Assembly (NCBI RefSeq): GCF_001447785.1
Contig: NW_015176495.1
Location: 394,478 to 458,477 of the forward strand
Direction: 5' to 3'
DNA from: Gekko japonicus
Taxonomy: Eukaryota
Length of the DNA: 64,000 bases
How positions within the stretch are numbered: the first letter of the stretch is position 1; each line of letters begins with the position of its first letter. Below the pieces are notes generated by a model that ran no database searches, was not told where the DNA came from, and was given only the letters and a program-made list of their open reading frames with translations. The position numbers and the translations under genes were made by a program. Below, piece after piece: positions 37,979-50,415 of this stretch.

Positions 37979-40716
37979 ATAACTCTTTATAAGCATGAAT
38001 GCTACAGGATGTATCCAAAGCTTGTTTTCTGCAGTGGAAGGACACTTCTTCTAATAAAAGTAAATTTCCCCCTTTTACTACAGGTCTCCATATCATACTA
38101 AGTGCTGATTCTGGGGTCCCCTGACCACTAGAGGCAGCCTTTTGGGGACACAAGGAGCTGCAGGGGAGGAAGGAAAATTTAATTTTGGAAGCAAAGCTCC
38201 ACTATGGCACCCTGGGTCCACCACTACTCATCCAGTAATATTTTTAAAAGACAGACAGTACAGGAAAAATTAGAGATCCTCTTTGCGATTTTTCCCTCTA
38301 TGACATGCATATTCCTACAGCTATTTTCCCCATGCATATATTTCAAAGTAACTATTGGTTATGTCTGAAGAAATAATTCTGAATAGAAAGGAATAATTCA
38401 GATTTTTTTTACTGTCAGCTCTTACAAGGGATATACTCCAAAATTGCATCCCACGAAATGCTTAAGTTACCAAACACCTGACATCATATAATAAAAGGAA
38501 TAAAGCCACAGTTTCATTACATGAAGTCCTATGAATTATATTAACTATTAATACATTAATAGTACCAACTGTTCTTAATATATGAGAGAGAGGCAGAACA
38601 GATGGACATGAAATATAGGGCTTCACTTAACAGAGAAGAGGCCAGGGACAAATACCAAGTTAGTTCTGATATTTGATAATTGTGATAATCTACTATCACG
38701 CATGCCTTACATGATATCAGGTCAAGTTGCCTGCCTTGGCAAAGACACATTCCTTCATGACACAGGCTGAACCAAAGTAGCACGTAGTGCTGAGAGTTCA
38801 TTTCATAAATAAGCAGCTAAACAACAGTGAGCATTAGCCGGGGGGGGGGATAGTAGTACAAACTAAAATTGGAACTACTTTTCACAGAAGAAGGAAGGAG
38901 ATTAAAAATATGATCACCAGTGAACTCTTAATTCTGTTTTCAACATTGGTAAAAGTCTCACTACTACTAATGAAAACGGTTTCAAGAGGTACCATTGTTA
39001 AACAATTACCTTTTCACCATTCTAAGGCAATTTAAGTTACCATCTCTTACTTGGTTGGAAGTCCTATTGCAACAAAGATTTTCTTCCAAATAAATACTGT
39101 TTGAATTTGGCTGCTAGTATACCAATGCACGGAAATAACATTATGCTATGGTTGTCGGCCCCTTGGTGGGGGCAGGAATTCCCCGACCCCCCGCCAGTCT
39201 TGTTCCCCACTGCTGCTCTGAACGGTAGTAAGAGAAGGAAACTTTTAAAGGCCATTGGGCCTATCGGGTGATAGTTACTTCCAGGGAAAACCTGGAAGCC
39301 ACATCCTTTCTACAAATTGCCAAAAACTCTATGATACAGCCACAGAGTTTTCAGTAATTCCTAGAGAAAAATCACATCCCTTTCCAGGTTTTCCCTGGAA
39401 ATGTTGTGTCTCTCCCCAGCCCCTGTCTTCCACTAGTTACCAGGCAAGGCCTGGCAACCCTCTTTTATGCCAATCCATATAAAAAGTCTGCCTCCTCCAA
39501 AGAACAGGTCCTAAATCCTTGTAAAACTTACAGGTTAAATTCAAATGCATCAGATGGTTTTACCTAGAACAATACAGAAAGGCATGCAAGCTAGAAGAAT
39601 GAATAAGAAAACAGGAATATTAGAAAAAGTATTCGAGTTTATTAGACCCACTACAAATCTTGCAATCTTCCTACTAGAAAGTAGAGTGGTATTTAAATAA
39701 CTACCATTTCCCATTAATCCCTTATCAATGAAAGAATAGCAGTTTCTAAATTACTATTCTGTCACACTGATTCACTGACAACATTGACTGCTTCACAACA
39801 CCTGTCAAACACTGTTACTTGGGCAAAAGGGGCTTTTATCATAGCAAAAAAAATCTATAAAAGTTGAGAAAAGTACTTGCATGTTCTTCAGTCCAATCAG
39901 AGTTCAAATTATGTTTAATGAAATGTATAGCTTTTGAAAAGGGTTAGAAATGTAAGATCTTGTACTAATGTTTTGATGAAATATAACCCATTTCGCAGCC
40001 AGACAAGATAATGCAACAATATTTTTTCCAACTCTACCATATACATAACAGATATAATTGTCTCACATATGTTCATAAGTGAATTTAAACAATCCTCTCC
40101 TAAATAAAGACTCAAGGCTGTGATCTAAGTGTGCACTACAAGCATATTTTCATATGCTAGGTGTCTAAGTTGCCATAGTTCCAGATACTCGATTGTAAAG
40201 CCCATTCACTTAAAATATGACTCTTTGAAGAAAATGTATTTTCAGTTAAGTGTAACTGCTAGACAGCAGGAAGAAAATGGTATTTTAATGCTGGCTTTAT
40301 CTAAGGTTCGAGAAATGCCAGATCATAAACTGCCCCTTGAAAATGCTTTCTGGTGCCTACTTGAAGCCCCAATATTCAACCAGCAGCCTGCAGAAGGTAA
40401 GAGATCTACTCTAGCCTATTAGCTTGGTAAGTGAGTGAGTGAGTATGTTCAGCCTTAGGAGGCAGGGCTGGAACTGTCTAATCAATTAGCTCCTTGATCC
40501 TCAGAAGCCCTGTGTTGCAGCACTGCTTAAAAGGTAGAGTATACTGAGGAAAGTAAAGAGAGTGCCCAGAGTGTAGCGACAATGATGGAGTGCAGTACAG
40601 AAAGAATGTGTGATTGTAAGAGAGGAAGAAGAGAAAGGTAAAAATCATGTTTGACTGGGAAATAAGAGATGTGGGTTTGAATCTTCTTGCCTTAAAGCTC
40701 ATTGTGTGTCCTTACA

Positions 40717-40765
40717 CCAGTCAGTCAGTCAGTCAGTCAGTCAGTCAGTCAGTCAGTCAGTCAGT

Positions 40766-40800
<35 letters not shown>
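40717..40800. repeat. Compound (CAGT)n(TC)n microsatellite
   Basis: Direct observation. Confidence 0.95.
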
Positions 40801-40803
<3 letters not shown>

Positions 40804-41789
40804 AAGTCCACTGAAAGGTGCCCAAGTTTTAAGAAAAGCCAACTAATATAAAATTCTAAATATTCACAGGACCATGGTATTGCTCAGATTTTTAGGGCTG
40901 TTTTATGAATGAATGTCTGTTCATTCCAACTTTCCCACTACACACTCTTTGTTCTCTGTCCTACTGTTAAAATTTATATTGTAAATGCCTTGGAGGCAGA
41001 GACCTCACCAAGCTTTTCTTCCGTCTTTTACAATGCAATGTACTATGTGCATTTATGGTGCTATAATAAAAAATAGTTCACCATCTGCCTATAACATGTA
41101 GGCTTCTTTAAACAAATAAAAGCAGGGAAAGTGTGCACAAAAATACACAATCCACAAGGATTTTTTTGAAAGTGAATTTCTTTGGTTAGGACATTACCAG
41201 AAGCTATGGGATCCTTAAAAGTGCACTCCTATGCAGAGTTGCTCCAGTGGAAGTCCACTAAAGCTAATGTGCTCAAACTCAAGTAACTCCGTACATGATT
41301 GCACTGTCAGAAAGGATTCCCTCTCCCCTCAGCCTTTTTTTTTTAACTTAACCAGGACCATGATATACTTGTTTCCTTAGAAGTAACTAAGCCCAGAAGA
41401 CTTTGTTCTCATGTAATCATGCACAGAACTGCAGATTGCAACTTTTTATTAGCAAAGTTTATTCATATTATACCATTTATTCATATTATACCATTACCAC
41501 CCCCTAGATGAGAGCAAAATGTGTGAAGGCCTGGCTTAATCTTTCATTTGACTTTTGAAATACTGTTCTTACTTATATTGATCTATATAACATGTGCCCT
41601 TTCAAACTGAATTTGGGGGGCTTTATACAGAAACCATTACCAAAACAGCCAAAATTCTGGCAGCTCTCCAGGAGAAAATGGTAAAACATGTCACCGCTAA
41701 AAGCAGTTGTAGTTTGCAGAGAAGCTAAATCCAAATCTTATTTTAAACAAAGGTTGCTTCTTGAATTTCAACATACAAGGCTTTATCTT

Positions 41790-42700
41790 GTATATCTTAG
41801 TTGTTTACTTCATTTCTAGATTGGATTTCTCATTGGGACTCAAGGCAGATTTCAAATTCAATTCAATCACACAGCATAATATCCAACAATGCAACAAGTT
41901 TACAAAATTGGGAAACACTGCAAAGTTGTCTAAGGCATGGCACACCATAACAAAGAAAGTGGGGATACAAATATAGAAGACAGCGCAGTAGAAGCAAGAT
42001 ACATACAACAATGCAACAGACTACAATCAAATTCCCTCATAAAAGCAACCTCCTGAGCTATTCTATTATACTAGCATTCTAAACCCTTTACAAAATGCCC
42101 TCCTGAAAGCTTCATTCTTTGCATATTCTGTGAAATGACTGGGAATGGGTCTACCTGATCTCCTGAGGCAGGCTCTTTTACAAGAAGGGAGCCACCATCA
42201 ATAATGAGCAGGGATGGACAGTTGCCGATTTTTATTAACAGGGTGCTACCTTCAGAATGCTTTGTTAAGATGAGCAAAACTGTTGCAGTGGAGAATAGAG
42301 GGATAGGCAGACCTGCACGTATGTGATCCCAAGGCCACAATGGGCTTTGTAAGTGATAGTACCTTGAAGTGAGCCCAGTAACTGATCAGTAACCAGTGGA
42401 GTTACTGCACAACAGGTGTGACATGCATGTTCCACCAACTCCTTGATAGTAACCAGGCTGCAGCACTCTGTACAAACTGGAATTTCCGAGTTGACTTTAA
42501 GGACAGGCACATGCAACTATATTACAGTAGTCTAGCATTGAAGTAAATACATGTGGCAGAACCAGCTAAGTCAAGATAGTCTAAATGAAGCCAGAAGAGT
42601 GTTCTGCAAATGTATTAACTTGCTTCTCCAGCATTAATGCAGAAATCAGAATATGCTGAGGCTCTTAACTGTCAATAACAGTCTGCTGTAGACATTCCTC
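41790..42700 (-). mobile_element. Old L2-type LINE 3' fragment
   Basis: Reverse-strand LDYCN motif (attacagtagtctag) and LLEKQVN (attaacttgcttctccagca). Confidence 0.7.
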
Positions 42701-42835
42701 CCCGCACTCAAAATTCTTGCTAGTTCACAGGAAATACTTGTTTTGCTCTAAGTGGGCATTACGGTGTTACAAGCAGGTGACTCACATGGGAGATCTCATT
42801 CTGCCTTCCCACACTATCTCCTTTTCTTCTCCCTA

Positions 42836-43707
42836 GTGGTGGCAGAAAGTGCTATCAACTCACAGCTGTCTTATGGCAACCCCGTAGGGCCAGGGTGTAA
42901 AAAATACAGCCCGTGGGCCAGAACTGGCCTGTCCAGAGCTTTTACGCAGCCTGCAAGTAAGTGGTGTGAGGGAAAGAACAGGAGGCTGCTTGAGGGGGAG
43001 GAAAGCAAAGGCAGCTCCTCCATCATGGCTTCACCGCAGTGTACCAACCTCATCTGCAACAGTCAAACAGATCTCTAACAGGTAAGTCGGGGGATGCTGC
43101 AAGTGCATTCACACCAGCTTGGGGCTCCAGGGCAAGGTCACACGCCTCTTTGCTTGGCCTGCAGTTCTGGGGATCAGTGTTTGCACATGGGGGAGTGCAG
43201 ACAATCCTCTGCTGGAGCCTGTTGGGGACCAGCACCACTGCTGTATTTGCACTTTATGGGGCCGCTGCACTTTATGGGGGCATTCATTGGCAGGTTTTTT
43301 CCACACATCAGGGGCCTAGTCTTGCCTCCAAGCGTGCAACTCAGTAGGTGGGCCTTCCTCGCCCATGGACCACCCAGCAACCTTCAGCTATAGGCAGCTG
43401 TGGCCTTGTAGGTAGGGGGCTGTGCTGGCTATCTCCAGTTACACCAGTACCTGGCATTACATTTTATGGCACACATGGCCTGGCCCAACAAAGTGACATT
43501 TATATCAGATCCAGCCCTCATAACAAATGAGTTAGACATCTCTGAGTTTTCAAGGCAAGAGACATTCAGAGGTGGTTTGCCATGGCCTACCTTTGCATCA
43601 CAGCCCTGGTATTCCTTGATGTTCTCCTATCCAAATACTAGGCAAGGCCAACCCTGCTTAGCTTCAGAGATCTGATGAGATTGGGCTAGCCTGGGCTATC
43701 CAGGTCC
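42836..43707 (-). mobile_element. 5S-derived SINE split by a hAT-like MITE (42891-43544)
   Basis: 5S head on the reverse strand (ccctgcttagcttcagagatctgatgagattggg) and RTE-type tail at 42836-42890. The insert has degenerate termini cagggtgt.../...gacatctctg. Confidence 0.75.
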
Positions 43708-44121
43708 CTGACAACCACCCAAAGCCTCTTTTTCCTTCTCTCCCTCCCACCTACCCTCCCTTTATGCTCGTCCCTCCACTCAGCATTACCTCTTTCTCCA
43801 TGCCTCCTTCCTTCCTACCTTCTATCTTTTCAGAGTCCTTCCCTGCACCCCAGTTGGCTGCCACTAACCAAAGCACAGAAACTTTGGCAATGTTATTTAG
43901 GGTTGCCTAGCAACTTGCCAAATGGCCACTGAGATTTCACTATATAGTCTCACAAAATCCTGGTTAGCATTCTTAATGTTGTAGGCAATATTTCTATGAT
44001 TTGGTGTTTCTTAGTGTAATTGTTTTTCAGCAAACCTGGGGTTTCTCTCTGATTCACACTCCAAAGCCAAGTTCAGGTTTAGACGTACTTTCCCCTAGTT
44101 TCTACAACTTAAACTAAATGG

Positions 44122-44330
44122 TTGTTGTAGATTTTCCTGGCTGTATGGCCGTGGTCTTGGCATTGCAGTACCTGATATTTCACCAGCAGCCATGACTGGC
44201 ATCCTCAGAGATATAACCCAGAAAGATGGAGTACTCTCTGTGTCAATGTGAGAAGAAAAATGGTATGATTGGTACGACTGGTAAAATGGTATGAATGGTA
44301 TCCTGATTGTGATAGTTTCTCCATCCCCTC
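44122..44330. mobile_element. Penelope-like element terminal fragment
   Basis: ctgtatggccgtggtc...ctgatatttcaccagcagc..gactggcatcctcagag resembles squamate Penelope termini (gacgtttcgcc...ggcatcttcagag). Confidence 0.5.
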
Positions 44331-44689
44331 TACAATGCCCTGATCTTCATCTTCTCCTTTCTTATTTCTTTGATGTGTTCCAGATGCTATTCTTCTTTTT
44401 GCTCTCTTTAAAAATATTATACAATTTTTCCATATACTATTTCCATACAGATCTTGAAGGCAAAAAAGCCCACTTTCTCTCTGCTGTGCTTGATGGTCTG
44501 TCTCAGAACCCACTGGAGCCTAATAAATCAGGACCCTGTGGATACATCAGTTGGGTCTCCCCCAGTGGGGGAGAGGTGAGGTCAGAAATATAAATCCTCC
44601 TCCTGATGCTTTAATACACCCTGCAGTAAGGTAAGTCTGAAGCCTTTGACAACATTCCTGTTTGGACCACCATTTTTCCCAGAAAGGGA

Positions 44690-45535
44690 AGTGGGAAGGC
44701 AAAGATCTTGGAAGATATTGTGCGTCCACTTTCAGTGGGGCTCAATTTAGGGGTGCAGGATCCAACATTACTTCTGAAGAAGCAAGTGAATGAAGCTGTA
44801 AAAAATGCTTCCTTCCAAGTTAATCTAGCCCAGAACATTGCCCTCTACTTTGACATCCCCAATCTGGCCATTTGGATCCACAGCACAGTAACATCAAAAC
44901 TAGACTATTGTAATGAACTCTACATACATCTTCCCCTCAAAGTCAACTCAGAAACTCCAATTGGTGCAGAAAAATGCAGCTTGATTATTATTGTGAGCTA
45001 GGTGTAGCATGCATATCAATCCTATTTTGTAGCCACTCTGTTGGCTGCCCACCAGTAACTAGGTACTGGCTACCACATGCAAAGACCTTTATGGCCTTGA
45101 TCCCTCACATCCACGGGACCACCTCCCCCCATGCTCTGCCACAACAGCTTTGCTCATTCTCTGGAATGGCCTGCCTGACAATGTCAGGAAAGTTCCCACT
45201 CTCCTGGCTTTCCATGAACTATCCAAAACTGAATTATTCAGGGTTTTTTAAGCAAGGAGTAGGGCTGTACTGTAACAAAATGGTTCAAAGAAATGCTTAG
45301 GTAAAGGGTTAGGGACTGTGGACTATATTATTGTGTACAATTCATACTTTCTGATGCTATAAGTAGGATCTTTCTACGTAATTTCTGCATCGCTTTATTA
45401 ATACCTGTACTTTGTTTCAGCTCTGTTCAGATTTCTGCAATCCAAATCCTATTGTATTCTTTATTGAATGTCCCATCTTGTTGATTGTATTGACTAACTC
45501 TGTGTAATCCACCTCAGTAATTAAAATAAATTAAT
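44690..45535 (+). mobile_element. Old L2-type LINE 3' fragment
   Basis: NLGVQDPTLLLKKQVN..VTSKLDYCNELY (ORF 44708..45001) and tail tgtaatccacc...aaataaa. Confidence 0.8.
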
Positions 45536-46006
45536 TTCCTCTAATCAAGCGGTTAACAACTGATCAGACTCAGCAACTGATTGCTCCTAGAGAGAATTGT
45601 TCCTGTGTAGACTAGTGCTCAGAGAAAAACACCTGATGTTGCATTGTCCTTTTATCTATTTCATTTCTTCACTTCATACAGTTAAATATTACATTAATAT
45701 ATATACAGTATATATCCCTCCATTCTACCAGTACTGGCAATGGTGACTGAACCAACTCAGGTGTCTGTTTTTTAAAAAAACAAATGTGCCAGAATGGTCA
45801 ATGACACCTCCTTATATTATATCTATTCCCTGAGTATCTTCTGTTTACTCTTAGACAAAAAAGAAGTCCTGGGGATACAGTTGGCATAATGATCTAGCCA
45901 ACCAACCAGTTTTTGTTAATGTATTGTATTTATTTATCAGTATCAAACTTATCATAATGCAAAGAATACCACGATGTAGGGAGCACCCTAATGAATTTCA
46001 CTATAA

Positions 46007-46384
46007 TGTCAGGTTCCACAGCCAACAACTGAGTACACGCTTATTGGAAAGGTTATACTTTACTGAAGAGCTATAGATGCATTAACAAAGGCACTGTTAA
46101 GAATGGTGTCACCCCTAAAAGCATAATGGGATATAGGGTATTCGTATGCACACACACCCTTCCTTAGGCCAATTAGCCACATTGCCATGCGCGGGAGAAG
46201 GAGCCCCAGGCCGTTAGAGCCGAAGCAGAGAACCGAAAGTGCTCCCACGGTTCTCTAGAATCCCAGACACTACACACCACCTGCAAGGCCATAGATAAGC
46301 AAGCATTATAGAAGCCAAAAAGGAATGCAGCAGTCTTGGCAAGCTAGCACACCACCCCCAACCCTTATGGCAGCATAGCTGACA
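46007..46384 (-). mobile_element. Solo LTR related to 25216-25552
   Basis: TGTCAG...CTGACA termini and TSD tataa/tatat. The first 65 bp or so resemble the 25216 LTR. Confidence 0.8.
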
Positions 46385-47633
46385 TATATAAGTGAGCAGA
46401 GGAGTAAGGGCTGCTAACCCTTCCATCCTTGAAGTAATCAGAGGGAACTCTAGCAGCTCAGCAAAGCTTATCCTATAGGTCACTTGCTCAGACAGCAGGC
46501 ATCTGCAGCAACCCAATAGTCAACAATGGTACATGTCCTAGGATGACATTTTAGGACTGTCTAGGATGGCATCTGTCTTGCTGAAGAAACCAGGAAGTCC
46601 TCCCCTCTGTGTAATCTGGAACTCTACTCTTTATAGCTTCTGTAAGACTGAACCCAGCTCTAAAAGAATTCATTTGCTGCCCTTAGAGGTAGATGTCCCT
46701 TTTTTATTGCTGTTAAATATTTCTTCTTTACACTCCTTTCAAATGGTAACTATGTTACCAAATGGAGTATGGTATCCAGGGTAAGAAGAAAAAGTCAAAG
46801 AGAAGAACTATTCCCTTAATAATTCACTTTATGTAAACTTTAGCTAACATTAATTTATCTAATAGTAATTACCGCTGTTAAAATTTATTTCATAGTTTCA
46901 CAGCAAGAGGCAAGTCGCTGTACATTAGGATGAGTATCAAACTTTGATTAATCAAATTACCTTTTTGTTATAATAAAGTTTAAAATACTTTAAAACTGAT
47001 CAGGAGACTGTTAACCCACAAGACTATGCATGCTGCCCTCCTTAGGATCTAAATACAGCCATTTGGAGACTTCCCAACTTTAGGCAGATCTTGAAACAAG
47101 GAAAGTAGAAGAAAGCCCCTTGCTTTCATCTACAATTCCCAATAAATCATATCCTCAAAAATCTATCCCTTTCTTTGCTGGGCATGCCTTCTAATAGGGC
47201 GCAGTCTGGCTTGGTCAGTTCATTTTTTTACTATACTAGCAGGATATTATAGATGCTAAAAACACCCAATACTCTTAAGATAGATTTTTTTCAAAATTGA
47301 CAAACATTATAAGCCCTGCTAGCAGTTTGTATAGCACAGAAATTGGTTTACTACCTCAACTGCTACTTGTGAGAACTAAGCCTAAGCTACTAAACTTTAA
47401 AAAAAAATATTAACTTGAAGCAAGAGCAAAATGCTTTGTGTTGCTGTAACCTCATGCATTAACTTAAACAGTCTTCTGCATCCAATTTAAACAAAGACAC
47501 ACATTCTCAGTTAATTTTTCTAACCCCACCACAATGCAAGAGTCTGTAATCCTTTGGAGACCAAATTAGATGAACATGGACCAACATTTAAGCACTAGAA
47601 GTATCTTAACTTTTTAATAAAGACAAGATCTGT

Positions 47634-47650
47634 ATCGCCATCTAGTGAAA
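47634..47650. promoter_or_regulatory. Candidate CTCF motif in non-repeat DNA
   Basis: cgccatctagtga against the consensus GCCMYCTRGTGG (one mismatch). Motif match only. Confidence 0.3.
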
Positions 47651-48334
47651 AACCTGCACAATTACCACACCACTATTTTTAAATTGCATGTTCAGTGAAT
47701 ATATCACTATAATTTATTCAGCCTGAGATCTACTATGGGCTAAACTATATCTGTTCTGTTATTAATTTGTGCTCATGCACCATAAATGTGTTACAAGATA
47801 AACAGGGCTGGAATACCTGCACTTTTGAATGGAAGAACAGAACCCTACTTCTTTGCTGTTAAAGTCATACTCATACTCTACAAAATTGTTTAGCATAATT
47901 CAGCTATTAACAACTCCAAGGTCAGACAGAGGTTTGGAGACTGGCTGTGAAGTCTTCAGGATTTTTTGCTGACAAAGATAGCTCCAATCTGACTTGGAAA
48001 GCCAGTACTGGAAATAAATCAAGTAGTAGAGGTTTCTGATCCTTTTTTATATATTGTTTCAGCCTAGTGCCCCAGTCAGTGTTCTGGATGTTGTGAAAGT
48101 CATCACATATAGCTTAGATATTTACCCAGCCTGGCTGCTGAAATCTGGTCAGGAAAAGAAAATCCTTATAAAGATTAATACCTGTCTGGGCTGAGGGTTT
48201 TTCCCCCAGATCTCTGAAAGAGGCAGAAATGGATATATTATTAAAGAACCTTTCACAGGACAGAGGGCTTCCAGCCAACTACAAGTCACTATCCAACTTG
48301 TCCTTCATGAGGAAAGTAACTGATGGAAGAGCAA

Positions 48335-50415
48335 ATCAGCCTCCACACTCCATCTGGGCGTGGCTACTACTTTTGCCAGCAAGCACCACCATCATTATAG
48401 CAGCAGCAGCACAAGTGTGAAGGTGAGAGGAAAGACAGGAGGAGAGTGATGCATGAGTCCTGTATTCAGGAAACATCAGCCATTAAACCACCACCTCCTG
48501 TGCCAGCCTGCCAATCGCCTACCTCCATCTGCCTGCCCTCACATCATGCCTTTGTTTAGTCTTTCCTTTCCCTCTCATTTTTTCTTCAGAATGAGAAAAA
48601 GGAAGGGGCAAAAAAAAGAAGCAGCAACCCACATCACCACCGTGAAAGGAAAGAAGATGGTGGACTGCGAACAGCTGATACAGAAATGCCAGCTGGGCAA
48701 ACAAGCTGAGAGATACAATGACATGGTGACTGTTATGAAAAATGTGACAAAGCTGAATGAGCCACTGTCCAATGATGAAGAGAAGAATCAGTGGTCAGCA
48801 GCCTAAAAGAATGTAGTTGGGGTGCAGTGATTAGCAGTAATTAGCAACACTGAGCAGAAGACTTTTGCTGTTGGCAATGAGAACAAGATAGAGATGGTCC
48901 ATGCTTACTGTGAGACTAAGAAGGAGCTGGAAGCTTGTGTGCCAGGATGCACTGAGCCTCCTAGACAACCGGAACAGCAGCAAGACCCAGGATGAGAGCA
49001 AAGTCTTCTACCTGAAGATGAAACAGGACTACCACTACCCGGCTGAATTTGCCACTGGGGAGAAAGGGGCAACTGTTCTAGAATACTCTGAGAAGGCACA
49101 CAGCAAAACTCATTATATTAGCAAGGAATACATGAAGACAACTAGGAATGGGCATGAACTGGCTCACAAACTAAAGTTCATGATGAATTTTGGCCAGTTT
49201 GAAGCTCAGAAAGTGAACTTTGTGGCAGGCCAACCAGCATGAATGTTCAAGCAGTTTGTAAATGGATACTGCTCTGTGCAATCTAAATGTTTACCAAACT
49301 TCAAAGCAATGGAGGGCCCAGAACTCACAAGGCATGTAGACCATCTGTGGGAGGTCCCCTGCGACTTTGATGTCTGTAGCTTGCACAGGATCCATTCTAT
49401 ACTTCTGAACCTGCACCTGTCAAAATGACCGCCTGTCATTTCCCCAGAAAACACTTTCCTGGGGGCACCTTTTTTGGGGGCCCATAACTTCGACCTGTAA
49501 ATCCAATCCTAACCAAACTTGAAGGGCAAGTAAAGGAGATTCAGCCAGAGATCCCCAGTGAGTTTGGTGTCTGTATCACACCAGGGGGGCATTCTACCAC
49601 ATCACTAACAGAACCAGATCATTTGGCAGCTAAAAGTTTGTGACAGTTCATGGTTCACAAACTGGGCTCGTCACAAACCAAACTTCATTTTCCCTGTTCG
49701 TGCCCATCCCTACAGACAACTCACCCTACCCAGCTTGGTGCTCAACTACTCACTTTTCTACAGTTTAGTCTAGAACATCCCCAAGTAAGTGAGCCGCCTG
49801 GACAAGTTGACATTTGATGATGCCACTGGTGAGCCGGACATCCTCAATGAGGACTCACTGCAAAGACTCATTGCTCATCATGCAGCTCCTCTACAACAAC
49901 AGAATGCTCTGGACAAGTAACCAGTAAGACAATGGCGGTGAAGGCAACAACTAGACTCCTCTGATGGGACTGGCAGCCACACTCCATTGCTACTACTGCA
50001 GTCTTTTTCCCCCCAGAAGTGGAGGGAGGGAGAGGAAAAAGGAGGGGTGACCTTCCAGGGAAGCTCCCCTATAACTTATTTTTGATTACCTCCTTGACCC
50101 TTTTGAAAAAACATCAGTAAAGGCAAGTCAGGCTATGAAGGGTAGCAAGTACAATGGAATGGTAGCCTCACAATCACATATGGACTGCTCTGTAGACTTA
50201 ATTCAAGGGGGAGCTGTCTAAGTTACCTTTATTGCTAAAATATATGAAGTTCATAATGACTAGCTTCAGTGAAATGGTCCTTGTTTTCTCTTTTTGGTTT
50301 GTCTGAAAAGCAGTTCTGTGGTTCCACTAAGAATTCCTTCTATCTTCTATCTTTTCAGCTGCCACATGCTTCTCTTAAGTACAGCTATGTATCTCTCCTC
50401 TTCCTATTGCCTGCC
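48335..50415 (+). pseudogene. YWHAG: Processed 14-3-3 gamma pseudogene (CDS remnant 48657-49954 plus UTR remnants), interrupted by a hAT MITE
   Basis: [41 protein letters not shown] and a C-terminal GGEGNN-stop are diagnostic of the gamma paralog. There is no intron at the MKN|VT junction. Premature TAA at 48804-48806, plus frameshifts and deletions. Outer limits approximate. Confidence 0.92.
49143..49712. mobile_element. Non-autonomous hAT DNA transposon inside the YWHAG pseudogene
   Basis: Terminal inverted repeats TAGGAATGGGCA...TGCCCATCCCTA and an 8-bp TSD aagacaac/cagacaac at the M-Q-P-T-H-P codons. Confidence 0.85.

Noticed and set aside
38862-38875. 14-nt match to U6 snRNA (actaaaattggaac)
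   Set aside because: The flanks do not extend the alignment, so this is probably chance rather than a U6 pseudogene.
25216-46384. Two related, same-orientation LTRs as the ends of one provirus
   Set aside because: Each has its own TSD (AATAC; tataa/tatat), they diverge internally, and no LTR-type gag-pol lies between them.
48453-48806. ORF fusing upstream sequence to the 14-3-3 N-terminus as a new gene
   Set aside because: It is read-through of the retrocopy's 5' UTR ending at a premature stop, with many non-conservative substitutions.
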